DNA of 64,000 nt, taken from positions 15,872,001 through 15,936,000 of the forward strand of contig CM075982.1 of assembly GCA_038087875.1 (NCBI GenBank), given 5' to 3'. This stretch comes from Malacoraja senta (lineage: Eukaryota). The translations under genes were made by a program, and so were the position numbers. Position 1 is the first letter of the stretch. Each line of letters opens with the position of its first letter. The notes beneath the pieces are model-generated. The model saw only the letters and a program-made list of their open reading frames with translations. It made no database searches and had not been told where the DNA came from. Shown piece after piece: positions 50,153-63,643 of this stretch.

Positions 50153-51956
50153 ACATAGCTAACAGTGTGGAGGCTGGATCAGAAGCTATTGCAGAAAACG
50201 CTCTGGCCGCAGCCTGGATCGTGGAACTGAATGAGGCAGTCCCACTGTACTGAGCAACTTCAACCAGATTCCCCTTCCATCCAGTTATCAAGCTGCTTAT
50301 GAATTTTATATGCTTGAAAGACATCGCCTCTCCTAAACCTAAAGGACAAAGACCTCGTCTGCTCACTAATACTATTTATGCATGAATTAAATTGCCACTA
50401 GGGACAATTTACAATTTTACCAAAGTCAGTTAACCTACAAACCTGTACATCTTTGGAGTGTGGGGGGGAAACCAGAGCTCACGGGGAAAACCCACGCGGT
50501 CACTCATACAGACAGCACCCATGGTCAGGATTGAACCCAGGTCTCTGACGCTGTAAGGCAGCAACTCTACTGTTGTGCCATCATGCTGCCCCACATGTGT
50601 CAGTGAGCAATGTGCATGGTGGACCCAAAAGCAGATCACCAAAAGGAATTTGTTCAGGAAGTGCGTAGCAAGTACACAATCTCATTTTAACAATCAATTT
50701 ATGATAAACTCTGATCTAATTGTGCACGTCAATATAATGGCACACAGCAGAGTTACTCAGCCTGTGACTGGTAAAGGGTTGAGGGCAAGTTTCCCAGGCA
50801 ACCTCAGTTCAGTTCAGTTTATTATCACATGTACCGAGGTACAGTGAAAAACTTTTATTGCGTGCTAACCAGTCAGCAGAAAGACAATATATGATTACAA
50901 TCGAGCCACTTACAGTATATAAGATACGTGATAGGGAATAAAGTTTAGTGCAAGGTAAAGCCAGCAAAGTCCAATCAAAGAAAGTCTGAGGGTCACCAAT
51001 GAGGTAGATAGTAGTTCAGCACTGCTCCCTGGTTGTGGTAGGATGATTCAGTTGCCTGATAACAGCTGGGAAGAAACGGTCCCTGAATCTGGAGGTGTGC
51101 GTTTTCACACTTCTAGTCCTTTTGCCTGATGGGAGTTTGCCAGAAACAGGATGTACACTTTGGTTGACGTAAAACATAAGCCCAATACTCAAGTAGAACC
51201 ATTGCCAAAGAACCTGGAAACCAGAAAGCTTATCGTTTACAGAGTAAGACAGCAAATACTGAGTGGAAACATTTCTCTACATCAGAAGCAGTGCAAAGTC
51301 ATTGCGGATATGTCTCGATTCCAAAGAGGCGGTAATGAATTATGATTTATTTGTGCCACTCCCTCACTATTGCCTGCTTAGTACGAATGGAATCTGTATT
51401 AACTACTTGAAGACCAGCAAATCATGGTCCAGCATTGTTCTGATTCATCAATAGCCTCGGGCACCAGTATAGAAATATAACCATCTGCACCAATCGAGTG
51501 ACACTAACAATTGAACAAATGGGGCAGTTTGAAGGGAAAATGTTACTTGGACATTTTGTAATTGTGGTGCTTGGGGTTGACTCTCTGGAGATCAAAAAGG
51601 GAGACGCAAATGCAGTTCATTATGCATCACAGGAGTTCTGGAGACTCCATTATAGTAATATTTGGAGATCAATGTTGTATGCTTTGGTTAAAGGGTTATC
51701 CAACTTACTCACTTCTGACCACCACTACCAAGAAACATAGAAACATAGAAACATAGAAAATAGGTGCAGGAGGAGGCCATTCGGCCCTTCGAGCCAGCAC
51801 TGCCATTCATTGTGATCAAAGAGCCCAACCCTCCGTAATGAAGATTTTAAGGTGGTATTAATGAAGGAACTGCAGATGCTGGAAAATCGAAGGTACACAA
51901 AAATGCTGGAGAAACTCAGCGGGTGCAGCAGCATCTATGGAGCGAAGGAAATAGGC

Positions 51957-51984
51957 AACGTTTCGGGCCGAAACCCTTCTTCAG
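51957..51984 (-). ncRNA. Minimal hammerhead core variant in a PLE repeat (about 51860-51987)
   Basis: Reverse complement CTGAAGAA GGGTT TC GGCCC GAAACGTT (GUU triplet). Confidence 0.5.
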
Positions 51985-52202
51985 ACTCGTAGATGGTCAC
52001 TGGTTAGTGATAACCCCTTTAGAAGAAAAGGCAACCTCTGTTTCCCATTAACGTCACATTGCTTAACTTTCGGGGGTTAGATATCCCAGAATGGTGCTCT
52101 ACACCTACAAAGGAATTATTTCAATATCTGTTTAAGGATAAAGAGGCCAACAGAGTGAAGGTAACTTGAAGGTCATGTTAGGAGAGGCATTTGATAGATT
52201 TA

Positions 52203-53705
52203 CAGTGCCCTCCATAATGTTTGGGACAAAGACCCATCATTTATTTATTTGCTTCTGTACTCCACAATTTGAGATTTGTAATAGAAAAACTCAACTGTGG
52301 TTAAAGTGCACATTGTCAGATTTTGATAAAGGCCATTTTTATACATTATAGTATTTTGTTGCCTATCCTTTGCACGCAATGGCTGCTTGAAGTCTGTGAT
52401 TCATGGACATCACCAGTTGCAGGGTGTCTTCTCTGGTGATGCTCTGCCAGGCCTGTATTGCAGCCATCTTTAGCTTATGCTTGTTTTGGGGGCTATTTCC
52501 CTTCAGTTTTCTCTTCAGCATATAAAAGACATGCTCAATTGGGTTCAGATCAGGTGATTGACTTGGCCACTCAGGAATTGACATTTTTTTGCTTTGAAAA
52601 ACTCCTTTGTTGTTTTAACAGTATGTTTGGGATCATTGTCTTGCTGTAGAATGAACCGCCGGTCAATGAGTTTTGAGGCATTTGTTTGAACTTGAGCAGA
52701 TAGGATGTGTCTATACACTTCAGAATTCATTATGCTACTATCATCAGCAGTTGTATCATCAATGAAGATAAGTGAGCCAGTACCTTCAGCAGCCATACAT
52801 GCTCAGGCCATAACACCCCCACCACTGTGTTTCACAGATGAGGCGGTATGCTTTGGATCTTGGCAGTTCCTTCTCTCCTCCATACTTTGCTCTTGCCATC
52901 ACTCTGATGTAAGTTAATCTTTGTCTCATCTGTCCACAAGACCTTTTTCCAGAACTGTGGTGGCTCTTTTAAGTACATCTTGGCAATCCTATTTTTGCAG
53001 CTAACCAGTGGTTTGCATCTTGCAGTATAGCCTCTGTATTTCTGTTAATGAAGTCTTCTGCGTACAGTGGTCTTTAACAAATCCACACCTGACTCCTGAA
53101 GAGTGTTTCTGATCTGTCGGACATGTGTTTCAGGATATTTCTTTATTATAGAGAGAATTCTCCTGTCATCAGCTGTGGAGTCCCTTTGTGATTAGTAAGC
53201 TCACCAGTGCTCTCTTTCTTCTTAATAATGTTCCAAAATGATTTTGGTAAGCCTAAGGTTTGTCTGATGTCTCTAACAGTTGTATTCTTGTTCCTCAGTC
53301 TCATAATGGCCTCTTTGACTTTAATTGGCACAACTTTGGTCCTCATGTTGATAAATATCAATAAAAGTTTCCAAAGGTGATGAAAAGACTGGAGGAAAGA
53401 CTAGGTGCTGAGAGCTCTCTTATACCTGCATTAAAGAGTCATTTAAACACACCTGAGCAATTACAAACATCGGTAAAGCCATGTGTCCCAAACATTATGG
53501 TGCCCTGAAACGGGGGGACTATATATAAGCACAGCTGTAATTTCTACATGGTGAAACCAAAATGTACAAAAATACCTTTTAATAAAATCTGACAATGTGC
53601 ACTCTAATCACATGTGATTTTTTCTATTACAAATCTCAAATTGTAGAGTACAGAGGCAAATAAATAAATGATGGGTCTTTGTCCTAAACATTATGGAGGG
53701 CACTG
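52203..53705 (-). mobile_element. Tc1-family DNA transposon (IR/DR type), decayed
   Basis: TIR cagtgccctccataatgttt; TA at left flank (right flank GA); inner DR at about 53480-53506; left TIR lacks its inner part. Confidence 0.95.
52363..53346 (-). pseudogene. Tc1 transposase (DD34E type), frameshifted
   Basis: MRTKVVPIKVKEAI HTH region; FILQQDNDPKHT; WPSQSPDLNPIEH. Confidence 0.92.
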
Positions 53706-54029
53706 GAGGTGAGGTTTATTCTACAAGGTATAGCTAGTTGGAGTAAAGGTAAACATGATTTTTTTTTTAGGTCAGACCAAGGATAATAAAACTAATCATG
53801 AGACGAGGATTCATTGTTCCATTGTCGGTTCATATGACAATTGAACACTCTTGACTCTCTAGCCTCTTGATTCCACAGAGGTACAAGTCTGAAGAAGGGT
53901 CTCGACCCTAAAGGTCACCTATTCCTTCGCTCCAGAGATGCTGTCTGACCCGTGGAGTTACTCCAGCTTTAGTGTCTATCAACAATTTTCTCTTGGTCTG
54001 AAGAAGGGTCTCGATGTGAAACGTCGCCC

Positions 54030-57000
54030 ATTTTACTTCGGAGTCACTCACGTGACTCCGTGAAGAACCCCGCCAGTGCGCCTGCGCGTCACTACGTCAG
54101 ACGCATTGGCGCAAACGGACGCGAGGAGCAGAGCTCCTCTAGTGGAATTGTAGTTTTTAAACTACAAGTTAAGTATAAACTTTTTTGGAAGTATTTCCGT
54201 GTCCGTTTGCTGTGGGTCTGTGGGGATTTTTTCCACAGGCGCCATGGAAAAAACGGGCAAGGGGAGGAGGCGAGCGACTCAGCCGGTAGAAAGTCGCGAG
54301 ATTGCGGTCGGCGACCAGCCGCCTCTGACCACGGTACAGTCGCCAGCAGATAGCATAGCAACTGGGGATATTGGGGCTGAAGTGAATTTAGTCAGCACCA
54401 GTGGGGCAAGGCAAAGCCGATAAAAAGCTGCGGGAATGCGGTCGGTAAAGGACTGCCTCATACCCTACAACAGTCGCCGGCTGGGAGCGGGGAGAGCTGT
54501 GGACTTGTGCATTAAAGAAAAGAACGGAGCCAGCGTCAATTGGGTGCTAGGCAACATACAAGTCAGGGCCATGGAGCAAGAGTCAGTTTGGGATTCACCT
54601 CCAAGGCTGGATACCACTTTCTGAGTGGATATTCCAAATGGATAACCTGTACACAGGTTGCTCCAACAAAACATACTCCAGGAGGAGTGATGTCAGAACC
54701 AGGCTCCAGAAGCCAGGTCAGCAGCACCTAGTAAAGGGCTGCTTGATAGCACCCTCATTGATGAGGCGCGTGCACAGGGTCAGCAGAGTTTCCAAAACAA
54801 GCGAAGACGGCAGCTGCCAGATGGGCTATTCCTGGCAGTACGATTTGCTGCTCTGTGAGAGTTCTGACCCTGAGTCTGACGGTGAGGCTGATACAAGCGA
54901 AGACGGCAGCTGCCTGATGTTTTATTCCTGGTAATACGATTCGCTGCCCCGTCAGAGTCAGGAGAGCCACTGGAAAGGACGTGGTCTCTGTGATCAACTA
55001 TTGTGTCTGCCATCAGCTCTAGTAGCTTACGATGGATGAAAATGCCAAAAAAGCACGAGATCCCAAGGAACTGCGTATTGCTGAAAGTACTAGCAGTGAA
55101 CCAAGATAAGGGGTCAGATGGGCGAAGGCATGTAAGCCTAAGGAAAGTAAACTGCAGAGAATATTGAAGCTGCAATTTGCAAAACGATGGATGGAGGCCA
55201 TGGATGGAATGCATCAAGTGGCACTAAGGTTGCTATGTAGCGCCCACTTCAAGATGAATTGTTTCAGGAAGTATGCCATTCGGTCCACCATCAACCCAAA
55301 GTTGCAGCAACTCTGTAAAAGACCAGCAATGTGCAGTCATTCAACTTATTCTTCAGAGAAAAAACCTCATGAATCGTGGGAAAGAGTTGGATAATGAGGC
55401 AAAAACAGCAAAGTTGATCACAACATCAATGGTCGTCAAGTCTGCAAAGAGGACGTATCCTTTCAGACATCATACAAAATCCTGGACCGACATCAGGATC
55501 AAATCGACCATTGAAGCAGGTAAGCAGTTGATGTCCTGCAGCAGGAAAACGAAAAAGCGTGGGTTTTGCCTGCCAGGAGCCAGGGACCACAGGTCACTCA
55601 GATGACAAAGGAGGTAGGTGGACCTGGTTCTTATGGGAACATATTAAGGCAAAAACAGCCAAATATTGGAAGCAAATTACTTCAGTTATTATTCTGAGTA
55701 TTATAGAAAGGTTTCTAATTGATTCGATTCAAATACTGATTTGCCATCCAGCATGTTCCAAGCAGAACACTCCAATTTCACATAAAAATAATTGATGGAG
55801 GTTCAAGCTGAATTGAAAACTTGTTTCTAAACAAGTAATTGAAAGGTCGGTTTATCAAAACCACCAAATTGTGTTTTAAATTTCTCAACCTAAAAAGGTG
55901 AGGAGTATTTTAGATCTGACAAGTCTTTAAAATTTTGTGAAGTATAGACACTTCAAAATAGAGATTTTGAGACTGCCAAACAATTTATTTCAAAAAAGAT
56001 GTTTTATGGCACTTATAGATCTGAAAGATGTATATTACTTAGTGTTTGTTCATTTATAAGATAAAATTATCTAAAGGAACAATTATGGCAATTCAAAGTT
56101 CTGTCTAACGGGTTAACTTCAGTCCCTAGAAATTCACTAAATTGGTAAAACCAATTTTGCGGCTAATTAGAGTCCAAGGACAGATGTGGATGGCTTAACT
56201 GGATGATGTCCTAATTAGGACGAACAAGAGAATTCGTGAGTTACCTCTCTCAAATTATTCAAACCACTTTTGAAAGTTGGGTTTAATTCATCCAGAGAGA
56301 AATTAAGTTAACGATACTTACAACAATTGATTATTTGATTCAATTGAAAAGGTAGTAATTTACCCAGGGTAAAGGGTAAAGCTAATTGATGGTTGTATTA
56401 AGCAGTTGGAAAAGCACCAATCTTTAATTAAGACAGGTGGCCAGCTTGTTAGGAGAATTAGTGTTATTTCCAGCAATACAATATGGGCCATTGGACTACC
56501 AGCAGCTGCAGACTGCAAAAAGAAAAAACACTAAGATGCATGATGGCCATTTTTTGATAGGCCATGCAATTAAACAACAAATGCTGCTTCTGATTGCAGT
56601 AGTGGATTTAACATGTCTTCAGTAGTTCAAGCAAGATACGGATTGAACAGCCTTCCATGGTCTTAATAGACTGATATCAGTGTACTAGGATTGGTGCCAC
56701 TGAAAATGTATCCATCTGTGGACAGATGGAATATGGAAGAAGTATTATTTTACAGATATGGAGAATCGACGTTTTAAAGTCTATTGGAAGGCTTATGAGG
56801 TACAAGCTTGTTGTTAAATACAACTAATCTGCATGTTCAGTTTCAAATTAACAACACTACAGCAATGGCATGTATTAATTGTATGGGTGGAATTTCCATG
56901 ATAACAAAGAATGGATGTTTAACCTTAAGATTTTTTAATGATATAATAGTCAGATTTAGGAAGGCAGATATGACTTGTTTCCATCCAGACTCAATCACCA

Positions 57001-58770
57001 GTTACAGAGATATGTGTTATGGGACTACATCGGGAGACGGTAGCGATGGATGTTTCTCGCTATATTAGGATGGTAAGTTGTTATAAGCATTTTACTTCAT
57101 CCTGTCTCATAAATCAGTGTCTGCTTAAAACGAAGCAGTATGCTGCCTCTGGGGTATTCGTGGTACCAGACGGGTCTACGCAGCCATGGTTCCCTTTGAT
57201 ATTGGAATTTATGACAGTTTCTGATAAATGTTCCCAAAAGAAGGAAGTTACTGGTGTATTCGATAATTGGAGAGTAACATCCGTCATATGCCTGTATGGA
57301 TGCAGGTTTTTAAAAAGAGGATTGTCTGGGCATGCTGGGGACATGCTTACAGCAGTCTGGCGGAAGAGTACTCAAAAGCAGTACATTTGTGAATCTGAGT
57401 TGTGACTCTGTAAATACTACTTTCCCATTATGTAAAGAATGAGGGGAAAAAATTTCTGTGTATAAAAGAATATGGAATGTTGTACGGCACATGTCTCAAA
57501 TATCTTGGATTGACCTCTATTTAATGGGTTGAGGTATAGTGAGATTTATTCACACAGAAGTATATTATTCCTCGTTTTTATTTGATGAGGTTGGAAAGAC
57601 ATCCTGTTGAGGCTCGTTCTTTTATTTCCAGATTAATGAAAGGAATTTTAATTCCAGACCTTCTAAACCTAGGAGGGCATCTGGAATATAGAATTGTTTT
57701 AAGCTACTTCATCAAAGGAGTCTTGGTACGGTTCTGATTTGGCCAAGTTCAGCATGAAGGTAGTCATGTTTATGGCACTTGTAACATTACAAAGTTACAG
57801 ATACACAGAAGTACCTCAGGATTATGTTATGTTTTACATTTTATGAACTACTCAAATGAAGTAGGATCAGGTGTGACAGGATTCAAGATTGTTTTATTAA
57901 CATATTCTATGGATCCATGTCTATGTTAAGATATTTATTGCAAAAAATTGAGGCTACAAAGATCTTATGAAATATGAAAACAAGATTGTTTATCATTCAC
58001 GAAAAAACATACAAGATAGTATCAGTTTAGACTATTTTAAGATGGTTAAAAACAAGTTTTAGTTGCTGCACGTGTGAACATTGATGGTTTTACATTCCAT
58101 TCAGTTTAGCAGCAACATTGACGACCAGGGCGAAGGAAGTCCCGTCGATCATATTCTCACAGCCGCCGGGTGATCTAATAAGTTGGTGTTTCAACACTTT
58201 TACCATCGGGCTATTGCCAATACGGGGCTGTTTGCAGATACTATATTAAGTTCTGCTTAATTTTCCCTGGGTTGAAGGGGATACTATTAATTCTTTTATT
58301 CAAATAAATGAATTACTGCATTTGTGGTACAAATGTTATTATTAATGCATTATTGAATATTCTCGTTCCGAGTCAATCAATGCAGTGAGAAGCCAGGATT
58401 TGTCTGCGGCATGAAATCACAAAGCTTTAAAATCTTCACGTAGTCACTCACGTGACTCCGAAGTAAAATAGTAAGATTAAACGAGAACTTACCTAAGTTT
58501 GAAGTTTGATCTTTATTTTATGAGGAGTTACGTTGGTGATTACGTGCCCACCACGACCCAACCCTCTATCATAAAGGTCAGATGGAAGTCCTTGTATTAC
58601 TCGTTTTATTATGATACTATATTACTTCGCTTGTTGTTTTTTGTGATTTCACACCGCTGCTTCGAAGATTGGCGCACTGGCGGGGTTCTTCACGTAATCA
58701 CCAACGTAACTCCTCATAAAATAAAGCTCAAACTTCAAACTTGGGTAAGTTCTCGTTTAATCTTACTATT
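54030..58770 (+). mobile_element. Full-length decayed DIRS1-type tyrosine-recombinase retrotransposon
   Basis: 24-bp ITR 54059-54082 / 58671-58694. ICR 58433-58546 is complementary to both termini. RT remnant DLKDVY (about 56018); RH QINNTTAMACINCMGG; MT-like VVPDGSTQPWFP; YR remnants FHS, ILTAAG*, FQHFYHR (58090-58210). Confidence 0.93.
58433..58546 (+). other. DIRS internal complementary region (ICR)
   Basis: 58433-58468 matches the reverse complement of 54031-54066; 58467-58546 matches the reverse complement of 58691-58770. Confidence 0.92.
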
Positions 58771-59203
58771 CCTTCTCTCCAGAGATGCTGCCTGCTCCGC
58801 TGAGTTACTCCAGCATTTTGTGCCGATCTTTGGAACAAGTTTCACTGAATTTATCTTTTATCATTTTGCACACCGCATTGTAGTTATATTCTTTTGATTA
58901 ATTATTGTTACATCTCTCATCTTTTTTTTGCCTTTCGTGATTACCTGCTGATTTTGTGGAAGTGAACATTCCTGATTTTAGTTCCTAATTTAAAAGTACA
59001 TATAAATGGGTTCTCTCATTATAGATAAATCAGGAATCCTTGGCTGCCTGCCAGCAGCAATCTGAAAGTTAAAGATTGTCGCACCCTTATCTCTGCCAAT
59101 CCTCCAGGATTATACAGTCCAGGAACTCTGGAATATTCTCTTGTATCACCATTGCACTAAATTCATGTCTTTGTTTACAGATTTTAGTTTGGAGATAAAA
59201 AGA

Positions 59204-62200
59204 TACATAGAAAATAGGTGCAGGAGTAGACCATCCGGCCCTTCGAGCCTGCACCGCCATTCAATATGATCATGGCTGATCATCCAACTCAGTATCCCGT
59301 ACCTGCCTTCTCTCCATACCCCCTGATCCCTTTAGCCACAAGGGCCACATCTAACTCCCTCTTAAATATAGCCAATGAACTGGCCTCAACTACCTTCTGT
59401 GGCAGAGAGTTCCAGAGATTCACTACTCTCTGTGTGAAAAAGTTTGTTCTCATCTCGGTCTTAAAGGATTTCCCCCTTATCCTTAAGCTGTGACCCCTTG
59501 TCCTGGACTTCCCCAACATCGGGAACAATCTTCCTGCATCTAGCCTGTCCAACCCCATAAGAATTTTGTACGTTTCTATAAGATCCCCTCTCAATCTCCT
59601 AAATTCTAGCGAGTATAAGCCAAGTCTATCCAATCTTTCTTCATATGAAAGTCCTGACATCCCAGGAATCAGTCTGGTGAACCTAACTCCAGGTGTGGTC
59701 TCACCAAGACCCTGTACAACTGCAGTAGAACCTCCCTGCTCCTATACTCAAATCCTTTTGCTATGAAAGCTAACATACCATTCGCTTTCTTCACTGCCTG
59801 CTGCACCTGCATGCCTACTTTCAATGACTGGTGTACCATGACACCCAGGTCTCGCTGCATCTCCCCTTTTCCTAATCGGGCACCATTTAGATAATAGTCT
59901 GCTTTCCTGTTTTTGCCACCAAAGTGGATAACCTCACATTTATCCACATTGTACTGCATCTGCCAAACATTTGCCCACTCACCCAGCCTATCCAAGTAAC
60001 CTTGCAGTCTCCTAGCATCCTCCTCACAGCTAACACTGCCCCCCAGCTTAGTGTCATCTGCAAACTTGGAGATGTTGCCTTCAATTCCCTCATCCAGCTC
60101 ATTAATATAAATTGTAAATAGCTGGGGCCCAGCACTGAGCCTTGCGGTACCCCACTAGTCACTGCCTGCCATTGTGAAAAGGACCCGTTTACTCCTACTC
60201 TTTGCTTCCTGTTTGCCAGCCAGTTCTCTATCCACATCAATACTGAACACCCAATACCGTGTGCTTTAGGTTTGTATACTAATCTCTTATGTGGGACCTT
60301 GTCGAAAGCCTTCTGAAAGTCCAGATACAACACATCCACTGGTTCTCCCCTATCCACTCTACTAGTTACATCCTCAAAAAATTCTATAAGATTCGTCAGA
60401 CATGATTTACCTTTCGTAAATCCATGCTGACTTTGTCCAATGATTTCACCACTTTCCAAATGTGCTGCTATCCCATCTTTAATAACTGACTCTAGCAGTT
60501 TCCCCACTACCGATGTTAGACTAATTGGTCTGTAATTACCCGTTTTCTCTCTCCCTCCCTTCTTAAAAAGTGGGGTTACATTTGCTACCCTCCAATCCTC
60601 AGGAACTACTCCAGAATCTAAAGAGTTTTTAAATATTATCACTAATGCATCCACTATTTCTGGAGCTACTTCCTTAAGTACTCTGGGATGCAGCCTATCT
60701 GGCCCTGGTGATTTATCGGCCTTTAATCTATTCAATTTACCCAACACCACTTCCCGACTAACCTGGATTTCACTCAGTTCCTCCATCTCCTTTGACCCGC
60801 GGTCCGCTGCTATTTCCGGCAGATTATTTATGTCTTCCTTAGTGAAGACAGAACCAAAGTAGTTATTCAATTGGTCCGCCATATCCTTGTTCCCCATGAT
60901 CAATTCACCTGTTTCTGAATGTCAATTCACCCGTTTCTGACTGCAAGGGACCTACATTTGTTTTAACTAATCTTTCTCTTCACATATCTATAAAAACTTT
61001 TGCAGTCAGTTTTTATGTTCCCTGCCAGTTTTCTTTCATAATCTATTTTCCCTTTCCTAATTAAGTCCTTTGTCCTCCTCTGCTGGTCTCTGAATTTCTC
61101 CCAGTCCTCTGGTATGCTGCTTTTTCTGGCTAATTTGTACGCATCATCTTTTGCTTTGATACTATCCCTGATTTCCCTTGTTATCCACGGATGCACTACG
61201 TTCCCTGATTTATTCTTTTGCCAAACTGGGATGAACAATTTTTGTAGTTCATCCATGCAGTCTTTAAATGCCTTCCATTGCATATCCACCGTCAACCCTT
61301 TTAGAACTAATTGCCAGTCAATCTTGGCCAATTCACGTCTCATACCCTCAAAGTTACCTTTCTTTAAGTTCAGAACCGTTGTTTCTGAATTAACAATGTC
61401 ACTCTCCATCCTAATGAAGAACTCAACCATATTATGGTCACTCTTGCCCAAGGGGGCACGCACAACAAGACTGCTAACTAACCCTTCCTCATTACTCAAT
61501 ACCCAGTCTAGAATAGCCTGCTCTCTCGTTGGTTCCTCTACATGTTGGTTTAGATAACTATCCCGCATACATTCCAAGAAATCCTCTTCCTCAGCACCCC
61601 TGCCAATTTGATTCACCCAATCTATATGTAGATTGAAGTCACCCATTATAACTGTTTTGCCTTTGTTGCACGCATTTCTAATTTCCTGTTTGATGCCATC
61701 CCCAACTTCACTACTACTGTCAGGTGGCCTGTACACAACACCCACCAGCAGTTTCTGCCCCTTAGTGTTTCGCAGCTCTACCCATACCGATTCCACATCC
61801 TCCAAGCTAATGTCCTTCCTTTCCACTGCGTTAATCTCCTCTCTAACCAGCAACGCTACCCCACCTCCTTTTCCTTTCTCTCTATCCCTCCTGAATATTG
61901 AATATCCCTGGATGTTCAGCTCCCAGCCTTGGTCACCCTGGAGCCATGTCTCCGTGATCCCAACTATATCATAATCATTAATAGCTATCTGCACGTTCAA
62001 CTCATCCACCTTATTACGAATGCTCCTTGCATTGAGACACAAAGCCTTCAGGCTTGTTTTTACAACGCTCTTACCCCTTATACAATTATGTTGAAAAGTG
62101 GCCCTTTTTGATTTTTGCCCTGGATTTGTCTGCCTGCCACTTTTACTTTTCACCTTGCTACCTATTGCTTCCGCCCGCATTTTACACCCCTCTGTTTCTC

Positions 62201-62355
62201 TGCTCACCCATTTAAGAACCCCACCACCTCTTATTCTCTGTTTATTATTGTTTTCTTCTTTCCCCCCTACATGTTGGGTCTGAGTGCTTTCCTTCTCGGC
62301 CTCCTGCACTGTCTAATAGCTTTCTCTATTTGAGTCCCTCCCCCCAACCATTCTA
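59204..62355 (-). mobile_element. Young CR1 LINE, ORF2 nearly complete but frameshifted
   Basis: ORFs 60963..62309 (endonuclease), 59887..60903 (RT), 59669..59995 and 59289..59660; highly similar to the 34-38 kb copy. Confidence 0.96.
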
Positions 62356-62655
62356 GAAACAGGCCCTTCGGTCCACTGTGCGTTCTGACCCACTGTGCGC
62401 TCAGACCAGCGCTCAGACCAGCGCTCCCCGCAAACTAACACTATCCTACACACATTTGGGACAATTTACAATTTTACCAAGCCGATTACCAAACCTGTAT
62501 GTGTTTAGTGTGAGAGAAAACAAGAGCTCCCGGACAAAAACCCACATAGGTCACCGGGAGAACGTACAAACTCCGTCCAGACAGTACCCACAGTCAGGAT
62601 CGAACCCGGGTCTCTGGCGCTGTAAGGCAGCAGCTCCAACGCTGCCCAACCGTGT
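62355..62655 (-). mobile_element. HE1-type SINE abutting the CR1 5' truncation point
   Basis: Consensus match. Confidence 0.75.
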
Positions 62656-63325
62656 CAGTAAGAAAAAAAAAGAAAAGAATCCCTTGAATTCCTTTATTCA
62701 ATTAAGTGTACAAGGAACATGGTTGGTAGGCTGACATTCAAAATTATGTAGTTATATAACAAAGCAATTATTCAGTTGCAATTGGGTTGATTAGCAGGTG
62801 GATCATGAGTCAGATGGGAATGGTTGATGATAAAAGGCCAATTGATAACACCTCCAGCAATATGTCCAACCGGTTCATCTGGGTTATTTCAACATTACCG
62901 GAACAATGAGAATGGTAAAAGGACCTAAGGGGATGGTACGGTTGTGATGCAAATAATTTCTCTATTCCACTCCCTTAAATCATGCAGATTATTACAAAAA
63001 TGTAAAATGATGGGCAGATTTACAATTGCCAAAGACAGTGCAGAATATTTCCTATCTATCTTCGTTATAGTTAAAAGTTAACACTCACCTATAATTTTAA
63101 GAAGTCCTTTTATTATTTTATAGTAGGAATAAGTTTACATTTTACATATATGACAATCCCCACAGCATTCAGAACAGACCAGAAGAACCACAATATACAA
63201 AAGTGTTTCATAACATATTATGTTGAAGAAACGTTGTTTTATAAAATTACTTGATGCATCAACCTACCACATATCTGAGACTAATATCTTCCAATGATGA
63301 TGCATTGTACAAGCTTACCTGAGAG

Positions 63326-63643
63326 TTTAGTTTTAGTTTAGAGAAACAGCGCGGAAACAGACCCTTCGACCCGCCGAGTCTGCACCAGCCAGCGATCCCT
63401 GCACATTAACACTATCCTATACACACTAGGGACAATTTACACTTATACCAAGCCAATTAATCTACAAACCTGTATGTCTCTGGAGTGTGGGAGGAAACCA
63501 AAGATCTCTGGGAAAACCAATGCAGGTCACGGGAGAACGTACAAACAACATACTAACACCACCTGTAGTCGGGATCGAACCTGGGTTTCTGGTGCTGCAA
63601 GCACTGTAAGGTAGCGACTCTACCGCTGCACCACCGTGCCACC
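63326..63643 (-). mobile_element. HE1-type SINE
   Basis: Consensus match, (gttta)n tail. Confidence 0.85.

Noticed and set aside
54797-54950. Direct repeat inside DIRS as a split-direct-repeat (Ngaro/PAT) structure
   Set aside because: It is a local 96-bp-period duplication in the gag region; the termini are clearly ITR/ICR type.
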